Source: Lama guanicoe (taxonomy: Eukaryota). From it: a stretch of DNA of 64,000 nucleotides. Where the stretch lies: the NCBI GenBank assembly GCA_013239625.1, contig MU054187.1:15640941-15704940 (forward strand). Reading direction: 5' to 3'. The stretch's first letter is position 1. The number at the start of each line of letters is the position of its first letter. Below are positions 1 through 12,328 of the stretch, piece after piece. The notes under the pieces were generated by a model. The model worked only from the letters and a program-made list of their open reading frames with translations, was not told the DNA's origin and made no database searches. The translations under genes were made by a program, and so were the position numbers.

Positions 1-419
1 ACAGATCAAAGAGGGACAGATAAGAGACAGGGGGATAGCAGGACGCTTTCCTAAGGGCCCAGTGGCAATGGAGATGTGAAGAGGGTAAGGTAGAACCCAG
101 GGATGCTTTGAAGTTCTTTAAACTGAATTTAAGAACTATAGAATGAGGAAGATGAGGGAACGGGAGGGATTGAGGCTGACCTCGGATCTTTAAGGTGGTA
201 CAGGACACTTTGATTTGATTGTGGTCATTATGGATTTATAGGTTTTCAACTGTTCTATCCTACAAGTTGTTCACGTTTTAAAACTTAGTTTGTACGGCAA
301 AACTATACCTTATTTGGCCATTTGAGACAGGTTGTTAAGTGCTTACGAAGAGGATTGTTTCTCTAGTTTCGGCTAATTTTCAGCGAAGTAATTGCTATTT
401 TTAATCTGAATTTTTGCAC

Positions 420-1122
420 CAACTGGTCTCCTTTCCTAGTCTTACCCCCAGTCAGTTCCCGTGACAGCAGAGTGATATAGAGAGGTCAAATCTGATCATT
501 GTCTTTTTTCTTCCATTTAAAACCATTCGTTCACTTCATGCCCTTTTTGTGAAGTCCACGTGTGTTCACATCACTAGACCCTATGTGACTTGGTCTGTGT
601 TTTCTTCTCCAAGACTTTTCTTGACATCCCTTGCTTTGGTCTTTAGCTGGAATAAATCTCTTTTAGTTCCTCAAATGCACCATGCTCTGCACCTTCAAAA
701 GTGCTGTTTCTGTTTGGAAAACTCTTAGGCATTCTTACCACTCAGTTCAAGCCAACTTCCACTTATCTTGCAGGTCTTGTTCAAATACCACGTTTCCTGA
801 CCTCCTGACTCAATATTACCAATTTAATTGTATCCTGTTCTTTTCCTGTCAGGATACTTACCAACTTCATCACACATTGTGGTTACACATTTGATGATAA
901 TTCTCTTAGGCTTCAGTGTTAACGTCTCTGAGGGTAAGAAATGCGTTATTCTTTCTGAGGGGGAGGTAATCAGGTTTCTTCATTGATTTCCTCTTTAAGA
1001 AGTTATCAGGAATTGAACTCGGATCCTCTTGGGTGCTTAGAAGAAATGTGTTATTCTTGCCCACTTCGTTAGTTGGGCATTTAGTTGAGGCTTAATGAGC
1101 ATGTGTTCACTGAGTAAATGAG
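420..1122 (+). mobile_element. L2 3' fragment, interrupted by the SINE
   Basis: AAATCTGATCATTGTC...TTAAAACCATTC, pyrimidine-rich body, ends in a TGAGTAAATGAG (TGAA-like) tail. Confidence 0.65.
954..1040 (-). mobile_element. 5'-truncated, diverged tRNA-derived (Vic-1-like) SINE
   Basis: 18-bp TSD AAGAAATG(C/T)GTTATTCTT at 936-953 and 1041-1058. Minus strand has the B-box-like GAGTTCAATTCC and the 3' motif CCTGATTACCTCCCCC shared with the SINEs at 23.2 and 55.8 kb. A-box missing. Confidence 0.8.
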
Positions 1123-1164
1123 TAGCTGTAATGGAGAAGGAAGGTGAAATACTGATAATAGAAT

Positions 1165-1420
1165 TAAAACATTTGTTGGGAACCTAATTTTCAAACACTG
1201 CGCTCTGTCCTGGGGATTAAGCAATGACTAGAAACAATTCTCTCCTAAGGTTTTCATGTCTAGTTTAGGGATATGCATTAAAGAATTATTACTCACTATA
1301 ATAAGGGCAGACATTGAATACTGGAAAAGGATTACAGAAACCTAGCAGAAGACCCACTAACTTCTCCTGGAGTAGGTTACACAAAAGATGGCACATGAAT
1401 TTTTTAAGTCAAGAGGGGTA
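1165..1420 (-). mobile_element. L2 3' end, probably continuing at about 2760-2985 after the L1M block
   Basis: AACATTTGTTGGGAACCTA...CACTGCGCTCTGTCCTGGGGATTAAGCAATGAC is the typical antisense L2 end. Confidence 0.55.
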
Positions 1421-1424
1421 TAAT

Positions 1425-2735
1425 TTCTTGATATTGAGATATAATTACATTGAGATAAGTATACTGAGATCTAATTTACATTCAGTAAAATCCATCCTTT
1501 TTAACCATACACTTCAATGAGTTTTGACAAATGGATGCAGCTGCAATCACCACCAACCACAATGAGGATATAGAACATCCCTGCACACCCCCTCCCCCCA
1601 ATTCCCTTTTGTCCTTTTGCCGTCAGCCCCCTCCAGCTCTCCCCAGCAACCACCAATGTGATTTCTGTCCCTAGGGTTGCCTTTGCTAGAACAATACATA
1701 AATAGAATCATATAGTATGTAGCTTTTCGTGTCTTGCTTTTTGTCATTTAACATAATAATTTTGAGATTCATCCATCTTGTTGTATCAGTAGATTATTCT
1801 TTTTGAAAGAAACAGAGATTTATGAGGTATAATGACATACAATAAACTACACATATTTAAAGTGCACAATTTTGAAAGTTTTGACATTTGTAATATACCC
1901 ATGAAACAATCACCACGACAAAGATAGCGAATATAGCCAACACCCCCAAAGGTTTCTTCAAGCTTCTTTATAAACCTTTCCTCCTGTTCCTCCCTTGTTC
2001 TCTGTCCTGAGGCAACCACTGATCTACTTTCTGCCTTTGCAAGGTAGTTTGCATTTTCTAGAAGTTCTTATCCATGAGATCATGGAGTATTCTGGCTTCT
2101 TCCACTCAGCATAATTATTCTGACAGTCATACATTTCATTGCATCTATCCATTGTTCATTCTTTTAAAAACATTTTTAAAATGGATATGCCACAATTTGT
2201 TTATTCATTCACCTGTTGATGAACATTTGAACTGTTTCCTGTTTTTAGCTTTTACAAATAAAGCTACTCCGAGCATTCTTGTACAAAGTCTTTGTGTGGA
2301 CATATGCTTTCATTTGTTTTATATAGTTATTTAGCAGTACTAAGGCTAGATCATATGGAAGAAACAGTGAAACTGTTTCCACAGTAGAGTTGTACCATTT
2401 TATGTTCTCACCAGTAGTGCTTGAGAGTTCCTTACCCACACTTGATATGGTTGGTCTTTTAATTTTAGACATTCTGAAAGGTAAGGGATGAGATCTCATT
2501 GTGGTTTTCATTTGCATTTCCCCTGATGACTACTGATGCTGAGCATCTTTTCATGAACTTGTGTACCATTCATCTTTTTAATTTGGTGGTTCAAAACCTA
2601 TGCATCTGCACCCCATCCCCCTCCCAGACACATCTTTAAAAAAAAATGAGTTGTTTTCCTTCTTGTTATTGAGTTGTAAGGGTTCTATGTATATTATAGC
2701 TACAAATGCTTTATCAGATACAGGTTTTTAAAATC
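1425..2735 (-). mobile_element. Old L1M (L1MB/MC-like) 3' fragments, two stacked 3' ends
   Basis: Two 3'-end signatures (near 1430 and 1800). The decayed ORF2 C-terminus reads MQMKTTMRSHPLPFRMSKIK in ORF 2245-2517. Confidence 0.8.
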
Positions 2736-3209
2736 ATATCTCCCCATATGAATTTATTCTTATACAAGGGATAGGATTTGACTGAGAGAAGAAGAGACTA
2801 AAGGATATTTCAGTCATACATATGAATAGAAGTGCAAATGGAAAATTTTTTTTTGTGGTTTCATGAGGCTCCAAATGCGTGGGAATATAGGAAAAGGTGG
2901 TGGAAAGTGAGTTCACAAAATTAGGAAGAAGACTGAAAATGGAGACTTTTTGGTGTCATGCTGTGGAATTTAGACTGTTCCTTTGTGTGTGTGAGCACTA
3001 ACATTAATAAATATCTGTACAATAACAACATTGATACTAGTAATTGAGCTTCACAGTTTATAGAATTCTTTCATATGCACAATTGGCAGTATTTTCCTCT
3101 ACGTTATTTAAGTCCTGTGACAAACATGGGGAGACACTGAGACTTGGAGATAAGGATACTCAATCTTAGACATAGGGTTTGGGGTTTTGAGCCAATGTCT
3201 TTTTGGTGA

Positions 3210-3232
3210 GTGTGTGTGTGTGTGTGTGTGTG
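3210..3232. repeat. (TG)11 microsatellite
   Basis: Read directly from the sequence. Confidence 0.95.
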
Positions 3233-4098
3233 AGTTTAATGTGTGAGGAAAGAATGACAGCTGGGTTGGTCTGTAAGGTCAGGAGAGCACTTACCCCATT
3301 GGGCAGGGGACAGTGTCCTGCCGAGCTCTGCTCGATGGCGCAGTAGACCCTGACCAAGGTTGGGGAGTACACAGTTGTGGTATTCTAAAGATGATAACTC
3401 ACAGTTACAGAATGTTTAACAAAAATTCCCAAATCACAGAGGGCTTTTCTAGATTCTGTGAGTTTTCTTTTAATTGTCATGATTCTAGATGAAGAAAATA
3501 TTGTATTTGTTATATGTATCTGTTACTTAATTAGCTAAGGTGAAAAACAGTATGACCAAGTTCTTTATTTTTTAATTTTAATTTTTTTTTCTCATGGGAC
3601 TTTCAAAGATAATGAGAAGTTTTCATTGTCCTCTGGTTCCATGTATTCTGCTTCCATTGTGCTGCTCGGGGCCCTGCCCCCTTTCCCTCTGCCCCTGACA
3701 GGCACTGTGTTCCTGGTACCTCAGGTCAACTTCGGAGATGTGAAAAAAAATTACACGCTGAACAGGTTCACAATTTAGGAAGTAAATCTTCCTTCCTTTT
3801 TTTTTTTATTCCCCCTCACCTGGAAGTTTTGAAATTTCCTCATTTCTCTTTTTTTTGCAAATTTCATCCATTTTTAACTCCTAGTGTGTTCTTTTTGTGA
3901 TAAAAGAATTAAAGCATTTTGAATATTAGGTTAATTACAAATGTGTATCCATGAGACATGTTCGGAGTCATGAATAAGTACTAGTTGAAAAGTTCCTTAA
4001 TTTAGTTATTATTTAATACTGAAACTTCTTGGGAAGCAAAGCTTGCGATTTAAAAGGCATGTAGTGTTTTAAAAGGTGATTTTCCTTTCTTGGTTTAG

Positions 4099-4173
4099 TT
4101 GATCAACTTCCTTCTGGACAAAGATTCCTACTACCCGAAACTATTCTCATTATGGATACATTAAACAGGAAAT
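4099..4173 (+). other. Candidate 75-nt internal exon of an unidentified host gene
   Basis: Acceptor TTTTCCTTTCTTGGTTTAG|, donor AAT|GTAAGT, in non-repetitive sequence. Length divisible by 3, one open frame (DQLPSGQRFLLPETILIMDTLNRK). Confidence 0.45.
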
Positions 4174-5297
4174 GTAAGTATATTTATACCTAGCATATAT
4201 GGTACATATTGAAGTGCTTTCCATTACTATGTGACTTATGAATTTTAATAGTCATATTTTTCTTCCATTTATGCATGGATTCCCAGAAAGTTGAAACTGG
4301 CAAAGTAATTGTCATCTAAGTAGAGAGAATTTTTGACATATGTTCTCAAAATACCTTAAGCACTTAAATTGTAATGGAGAACAAACAATATACGTGCCTA
4401 ACATGTAGTTCTTTTATTTAAATATAAAACAATTGTTAATAGCATTGTGGTTTCTACCTACATAAAGCACATACTTTTTCTTATAAGTGAAGTCAAAACT
4501 TAACGTTTCATTGTGTGAAATTGAACTGAAAACTTGTATATTACAAATGAGTAGCAAAAATGCATTATTGGTTAAAAAGGGTTATAATTCAAATAGACAG
4601 GAGCTTTCTGAGTGAGTATTATGTGCGAGACATGTAGTGGCTTAAGTGATACAAAGAACAGATAGAATCCCTAGACTTCAGGAGCTAGCAAACTAGTTAG
4701 AGATATAAATACAAAAGTAATTCTCACTCAGCTTGGCTTATGCTGTAATAATATACAAATCACTGATTCCAGGGTACATAACACATATACATATATATTT
4801 ATATATGTGTCTGCGTATATATATTATTTACATACAAATAATATACACAAATAGTATATACACAATTATCTTTAGATCCTAAATATATGTGATGCTTCAT
4901 TCCAAGTCTAATTGAGCTAAATAAAAGAGCTTAAGCAGTCTTAATAACACGCTGTATTTTTCATCATGTCATAAATTTCTTATAGTTACATATTATTCCT
5001 TGAACAGTTTGTCAGTTTTAAACAAAATAAATAAAAAGCAAAAGAGAGATAACTATCAAAACTAGTGAAGCTAATTCCAAAAACAGAAGAAAATGGGAGG
5101 AAAATGTGCGAAATTAATTAAATCTGGAATTATGTAAATACATTTCTATGAAAAGATACACACCAAAGAAATGCCATAGTTTCTTTTTTTGGTATAGCGT
5201 GTTCCACATGTAGGGAAGGTACACAGAACTTATCTCAAAAATACTTCTTTTCCTACTTGAAGAAAAAGAATGAATAAAATATACATTTTTAGGTCTT

Positions 5298-5688
5298 TGT
5301 TTTAGTTTGCTGGGACTGCTATGGCAAAAACCACAGGACATCTTAATAGAAATTGATTTTCTCATAGTTCTGGAGCCTAGAAGCCCAAGATCAAGGAGTT
5401 GGCATGTTTGGTTTCTTCTGAGGCCTCTCTGCTTGGCTTGTAGATGGCTGTCTTCTCCCTGTGTCTTCACGTGGTCTTCCCTTTGTGAGTGTCTGTGTCC
5501 TAACCCGTCTTCTTACAAGGACACTGGTCATACTGGACTATCGGCATGCTCACACACAGGAACTCATTTGACCCTAATTACTCTTTAAAGCTCTATCTCC
5601 AAATATAGTTATATTCTGAGGTACTGGGGGTTGGGGCTTAAGCTTATAAAGTTTGGGGGTTGGGGAGACACAATTCAGCCCCCGACCC
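5298..5688 (-). mobile_element. MaLR solo LTR (MLT1A/B-like)
   Basis: TGTTTTAGTTTGCTGGGACTGCTATGGC...TTCTCATAGTTCTGGAGCCTAGAAG...GACACAATTCAGCCC is the reverse complement of an MLT1-type LTR. Confidence 0.85.
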
Positions 5689-6699
5689 TGGGGTAACTGT
5701 AAAGTGATTTAGTCTTACTACAACCCTAGCTATTCAATCTTCCTTATGATTCATGCATATTTTTGTTTTAGTCTTTAAATTAAATCAGCTGAGTCTAAAG
5801 CCCAAACCATTTATGTCGACCTCTAGAAAGCCTTCCTGCCTCTTAGCACTCACCCCATCCCCACTCTGTCATTGTTCCCCTAATCTTTCTTCCCCTTTGA
5901 TCAGTCCCTCTGGCTAGGACAAATAGCAAAAACTGGTGTGGCTTGAGGTAATAGCTAGATTCAGTGAATAATGTACAGAAAGAAAACTTTTCTGTGAATA
6001 ATATAGAGATATGACTGATATTAAAAAATCTATTCCCGCTGCCTGTTACGTATGTCCACACTATTTCCCCATCTTGGCCTTTGAGTAAGTGGTGCCTTGC
6101 TTTGGTTAAGTAGCAGTAGAGGGAAGTCTTGTGGGTATGCACGTTTATGTCACTGAGACTCTCAGAAGTCAAAGAACAATGTCAGATTAAGCTGAATTCT
6201 AAAGCAGGGTAGATAATGGGTTTGCAGTTTTGGAAAACTATTTTAAATATATTTCTTTCTGGCTTCTCTCTGCTAGGTCCAGGCTCTTGTATAAGCATTT
6301 ATGCATCACTTTAATTTATAAGTGACGATTTTAAGTGAGAAGCATAGAAATCACACAGAAATATATACAATAATTCTGAGACTGCTAAACTGTATATCTC
6401 TTGAGTTAATAAGAAAGAGGCATACAGCAAAGCAGCATTCATGCTGTTAGAAAAAGCACCAAAATGTCAGGCCAATTCTAAGGGACGTTCTCCATGGCCC
6501 AGTCCCCGCTTCCCCGATTGAAAGAGATAAACAGTACAGGTACAAAGGGCAGTTTTTGCATGTGAAGTTATGCAGTAAAAAGATTGTTTCAGAGTTTCAC
6601 GGGTAGAACCCTAACAACTCAGATTGCAGTAAAAGTGCCATGATTCACTCTCGCAAAACTTTAATTCCACTAACAGTATAATTGCAGATCACGGGCCTT

Positions 6700-6985
6700 T
6701 GAGGCTTTGGGCTCCCCCTGTCTCTCTAACTCTCACCTCTTGTCACTCTTCCTCACTTCTTGGGTTCTAGCCACATCCCGGTTTTCTCAGTTCCCAGAAA
6801 AGCCAAGTTATTTTTCATCTCAGGGTCTTTTGCCCTTTGCATTCAATACTTCCTCCAAACTCACCCCCACCTCCCACACATAAACATCAAGGGAGTATCT
6901 CCATCCTTCACTTTTCAATTTAAATGTCACCTCCACAGAGAAGGTTTCCAGGCGTTTCCTCTGATTTGTAAATGTGCCCTCTTGC
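6700..6985 (+). mobile_element. L2 fragment
   Basis: TCTAGCCACATCCCGG...CATCTCAGGGTCTTTTGC...TTTAAATGTCACCTCCACAGAGAAGG. Confidence 0.65.
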
Positions 6986-7254
6986 ATATTTATTGTTGAT
7001 TGGAGAGAATCGAATCAGTTCACTTGGCTGGGGTCCAGCAGCAGACGCCTGGGTGGACATTGCAAAAGGAGAGAAAACAAAATGCTGGGAGAGCAAGAGA
7101 AGAACGGACATCAGGATACTAAATATTTAATAAAGTAATATGAAACAGCCTGAGTTTCTTTATTCCATATAACTTGAAAACCTATTTCATGGCTTTCTTT
7201 TTGTTTGGATTAAGTTATAATTATTACTGACCGCTAGCTTAGGACTCTAAAGTG

Positions 7255-7572
7255 ACACTCTGCCGTAGGGATATAATGCAAGCCCATATGGACTTTTTAA
7301 AGCTTTTCCATAACGACATTACAAATAAATAGAAACGGGGAAAAATAATTTTAATAGTCTATTTTATTTAACCCAGAATGTCCAAAGTATAATCGTTTCA
7401 ACGTGTAATCAATATGAACATAAAAATTATTACTGAGCTGGTTTGCATTGTTTTTCATAGTAAGCCTTCAAAGTCCAGTGCATCCTTTGAGCTCGTAAGC
7501 CCTCAGTTTCTGCTAGTCCAGTCCACGTCCTCAGTGGTCACATGGGCTAGTGGCTACCTTGATGGTCAGTGA
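7255..7572. mobile_element. hAT-Charlie MITE, MER33-like
   Basis: ATATAATGCAAGCCCATATG...TATTTTATTTAACCCAGAAT...CACATGGGCTAGTGGCTACC, about 320 bp. Confidence 0.75.
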
Positions 7573-7898
7573 GGATCTGAAGGCTATTCAAGCGAGATTT
7601 CATCGATACTACCCTTTTGTCGTCTGGGAGGATTTTTAATTTAATTTTGTGGCAGTCTAACTTCGAGTTTTTTTTTTTTTAAGATTGGAAACGTCAACTT
7701 TCCATTTTCAAAGACTTTTTAATAAATTTATGGAAAAATATTTTTTCACATTTCTGAAAACACAAGATCCATAACTTCTCTCTTCATTGTGTTGGAAGAG
7801 AAGTGTGGTTGACAGGGGTTTGCTGATGGCACTGCTGGTTCTGCTGCTGCTGGTGAGATTTAGCTGTGAGGCACTTCGTACTGAAATGGCATATATGA

Positions 7899-8046
7899 AT
7901 GATTCTCAAAGCATCAGACTCGCCCGAGAGCCAGTCATCATGCAGGTTGCTGGGCTGCAGTCCCAGAGATCCTGGCTCAGTAGGCTGGGGTAGGGCTGAG
8001 ACTCTGAGTGTCCAGCACGCATCCGGTGCTTCTGCTGCAGCTGGTG
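7899..8046. mobile_element. hAT-Charlie MITE, MER5A-like
   Basis: TTCTCAAAGCATCAGACTCGCC...GTTGCTGGGC...CTCAGTAGGCTGGGGTAGGGC...GCTGCAGCTGGT. Confidence 0.7.
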
Positions 8047-8859
8047 GAGGCTGTTACTGGCAGAGATCACCTTCCCTCTCGACTGTCACAGGGCTTGTCC
8101 AATTGCCCTGGGCAACACCTTTCATTTCCTCATGTGGCCACTCATTCCCGACCCTGGAAAGACTGTTCTTGTTTGTTTCTGTGTGTGTGTTGCGGGGGTG
8201 AGGGGTAGAGATGCTGCGGGTAGTGGTGGACGGAAGAAGTCACCTCTACATTCATTGTTGTATTCCATTTGGGGAAAAGAGGAGCAAAAGAGCCTTAGAG
8301 GGAAGGAATGAGAGAACCAATTTCGGAAAAGGAGACTCTTAATGAAACACCACTAAGATCGGGGGAATACAAGCTCCCTTGTGACTATTCCTTGTATTTC
8401 ACGTTTTTGCTTTGAGGAGGTGTCTTATACTGATGATAGACTTTCATTGATGAAGCAATAATAGTTCTGTTGAATGACTACTCAATTGAAAGTCAATTAT
8501 TTCCCCCATTGTTTTTTTTTTTTAGCCACTCTAATATCCACTAAGTTCCAAATCCTAAAATTAGCTTCGAGGCTCACACGGAAACAAGTACCATTGTTTA
8601 TAATGAAAAGAGTAATACATACAGCTACCGAATCACATTGAATTTCTACAAAGCTGCAATTGTGTGAATCAGGCCTCTGTGCATACTAGGTAAAATTAGT
8701 GGGAGATTTCTGAGTGATATGAAAAGTTTTTATCAAAATTAATATAACTTTGATAAACCTATGAATTTAAAAAAAATTAAAGGCTAAATTTAGGAAACAA
8801 TGAAGTTAAATTAACCTTTATTTTCTCTGAAAACTTTTTAATTTTTCTGTTGCATTATC

Positions 8860-9035
8860 TAATATTTATTGAGCACTTATTACTGGCAGGTATTGTTCTA
8901 AACGCTTTATCTCCATGAACTCATTCTGTCCTTGCAATGATCTCATGACTCTATTATTATTGTTTTTATTTTATAGATAGACGTTACCCAGTCAGTTAGC
9001 AGGGATGACATTCTGGGACACTTAACTGCTACGTT
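8860..9035 (-). mobile_element. MIR
   Basis: CTAATATTTATTGAGCACTTA...CAGGTATTGTTCTAAACGCTTT...ATTTTATAGAT. Confidence 0.65.
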
Positions 9036-9329
9036 ACATGCTCCTCTCCTTGTTCAGCTGCCTTTGTGCTTTTGAAGCATAATATTCTCTTTCTTGATCT
9101 CCTCCTTTTCTTTAAATTTATACCCAAGTACACATAGCTTTGGATTTTGTGCTTGGAATTTTTTCTCTTTCATATCATCCAGTTACTCTTGCCTCCCTCT
9201 GTGTCTCTTCTCTACCGTTCATGTTGTCTGAAAGTACAGTTCCTCTTCTTTTTCCTTAGATCTGCTCTTTAGTAACATTTTACATTAATTAGTTCTCGAA
9301 ACTCTCAATATTTTTCTACCAGTTCTCCA

Positions 9330-10260
9330 TTATCAGAGCAGAATTATAACATTCGAGGGATTTTTTAAAATGGAAATTAAGTCAGATACACATTTCTTTT
9401 TGCACATTTCTGATTTCTGTCCAGTCTCTTACATGTGTGTATTGGTGGAGATGCATATATTTTGTATTTACTCACCATAAGTAATTTGTATTTGGATTTT
9501 TTTCACTGATTATTGAATTAATTTTTTTCTTTTTAGAGTAATCCTTAAAAACTATCTTTGTGATAGCACATAAAATTCTATCGAATTGAAATAACACAAC
9601 CTACCTAACCATTTTCCTGTTGTACAGGTTGATTTTAATTATTTCCTGTTCACATTTTTATAATGAATTAATGTGTATGAACAGCTTTTTAAACAATTGA
9701 TTTATTTTCCTACTATTAATTTATGTAAGTTATTAAGTCAATGAGTCAGCCTTTTTCTAGTTTTTGACACATATTGTTGTATTGCTTTTGCTTTTGCTTT
9801 TAACTGAAGGCTTTTTATTGAGTTGTAGCCAAACTTAAAGTATGCACTTAAATTATTACATGTCTGAAATGTAACCATTGCCACCTAAGATAGAGTTTCC
9901 CAGTTCCTTAAAAAATACCATTGGGCTCCTTCTCAGGCATGGATTAAATCTGACTGTTTTACTGTGTTGCTGTGTATATTAGCTGCTTATTCTTTTTCAT
10001 TGATTTGTAGTGTGCCCTTGGATGAATATACAACTTACCAAGTCTACCGTTGATGAACATTTGGGCTGTTCAGTCTTGGGCTTTTACAAATAAAGCTACT
10101 TTAAATATATTTTACCTGCCTTTTGTTGGATCTGAGCCTTCATTTCTAATGGGTAATTCCAATCCCAAGAATGGAATTACTGATCATAGAGGATATGTAT
10201 GTTTATCTAAGATATTACTTTCCTTAAAGTTTAAAATCTATTTAAAATAGTAGTAAAATA
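9330..10260 (-). mobile_element. Highly decayed L1M fragments
   Basis: GTTGATGAACATTTGGGCTGTT...TTTACAAATAAAGCTACT...AGAATGGAATTACTGATCATAG. Confidence 0.55.
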
Positions 10261-12328
10261 TTTCTGTATTATAAATTGGTAAGAATGGTGTACTGTCATA
10301 CAAAAGAGGAGAGAATAAATAATTTAGGAAAGCAGTAACAGCACTCTGAGTCTAGAAATTCTGTCTTTCACTGGTGGCAAAACTTGGTTCCACTTGCTTT
10401 TGATGGGTCCCTTTCTTTCTGTACGAATTTATCATGCATAAAACTATGTAACTATTAGTTCACATAAATGAATTCCTAAACTGTTAGGCTTTTATTATTA
10501 CTACTATTTTTATTGAGATGTAATTGACGTGTAACTATTGCTACTATGTTGGCTTTAAGCTCCCTTTGCTTCTGTTCTTCCTGGATCTTGCTCATGCCTT
10601 TGTGTCTGCCCAGAATCACATCTTCAGTGTTTATGTTTCCCCATTGCACTTTGTGTGTCACGTGACACTTAGTAAGTACTGAGTACACACCATCAACTGA
10701 CAGGTATTTGTCTGTGTTAATCAACCCAGTGAAACTGTACCCTTGCACTATGTTTAACGTAGAGTTCATGTAAATAAGTTCAAACAAGCACAGCACACAT
10801 GAAGCACAGCACCCCCCCATACACAAATCTTGAGCTTTATTGGGTGTCAGTGAGCAGGATTTTGAAAACATACTTTTTATTTATGTAAGGTTATGAGAAC
10901 AATAAGTTTTGAAGAATTTAAGCTATGTTATAAATTAAACCATCTGCTGATCTTATGGCCAACTTTTCCCTAAATGATTCAGGTGATTCTTTAATATTCT
11001 CTCTCATACCTCTGAACCAGGAAGTGAGTGCAGAGAAAGTCCTTCAACAACAGGCCTTTATGCATTGTCATTAAGCAGCTTTTATTTGTCAGGGTGTGTC
11101 AGCTGTAAATATCTTCTCTTTGGGATACCTGAATTATAGCCATGGTTTGAAGCTTAATAATATCACTGAGGTCCTACCAGACAATGTTTCCATTATTGCA
11201 GTTCTTATTTATTGGAAAGTAGAAGAATATAAAGAGAAGAGAATATGTGGGAAGTGACAATGATTGACTAACTGCTATGGAACACCCTGACACTGATCGA
11301 ACCATGTTAATGTTTATTTTAGTACTTGAGAGTGTTACAGTCTCTTGTTCAAACTCCATCGTATAAAGCTATTTCCAGGGCTAGGGGTCATCATGGTGCT
11401 GGGGGAGGTGGGAAATGCAATGATTTATTTTAAAGCAAGACAAAAATGAGATTTGAACATATTAAATCTGTGTGTTCTTTTGCAAACTATTAAGTGACTT
11501 TACTTTTGAAAAAGAAAAAAAGTTTTAGAGTTACTGTTTTAAGATATTGCTATTACCTGAGAAGTGAGGCAATAAAAAGTGATTATTTTAGAACAGTTTT
11601 ATCAGCAGTTTACAGCATATCACATACTGGCTATTTGCAGGTATTTTTTTTACTCATGCTCTCACTCTGGTTCTTAGTATCAGAAAGAACCTTACCTTCT
11701 GAAGACCAGAGAGTGGGCTATGGTGTTGAGCATTTAGCAAGCTTTCAGACTCTAATTGCTGAAATAAGGATATAAGAAATTAAGAATATTTTATCATTTA
11801 GTGTAGTACCTAACACATAGTGGGTGTCTCAATAAATATTTGATGAATGAATGAATATATTAAGGAAATAAGTAATTTTTTTTAAAAAAAGTTGATTATT
11901 TAGATAATAGCAGGGCTATATTGAGAAAAATGTAGAAAGCAAATAAAACTTATATAATACTCCAATAGACTCATAGTATAGCATATAAGGTAAAGCACAC
12001 TTTACTAATTTAAATGGATTCTGAAGGTTTATGGAGCAATTCAAGCCAGCAGTTCTTTCCCTCCCTGTATGCTCTAGACAAGCTCTTGCACATACATATG
12101 GGGAATCATGTACAGCAATGCAATGCATAATATCAGTAATCAACAAACAACCCTAACAAACAACGTCAGCAGTACAACAAATAAAACATTGCTTTATATT
12201 CATACAATGCAGTACTATATTGTAGTAAGAATTAATGGGCTAGGGGTACACCATCAACATGGTTGAATCTCAGAAACGTTAACGTTGAATGAAAGAAGCA
12301 AATCTGAGGATATATTATGATTCCTTTT

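Noticed and set aside
5114..5588. 118-aa and 93-aa ORFs
   Set aside because: They lie in an MLT1 LTR and are typical spurious MaLR translations.
8729..8757. 9-bp inverted repeat TTTATCAAA/TTTGATAAA
   Set aside because: Short and AT-rich; expected by chance and too short for a miRNA precursor.
10476..10871. 131-aa ORF
   Set aside because: No homology recognised and no supporting gene structure; a length expected by chance in 64 kb.
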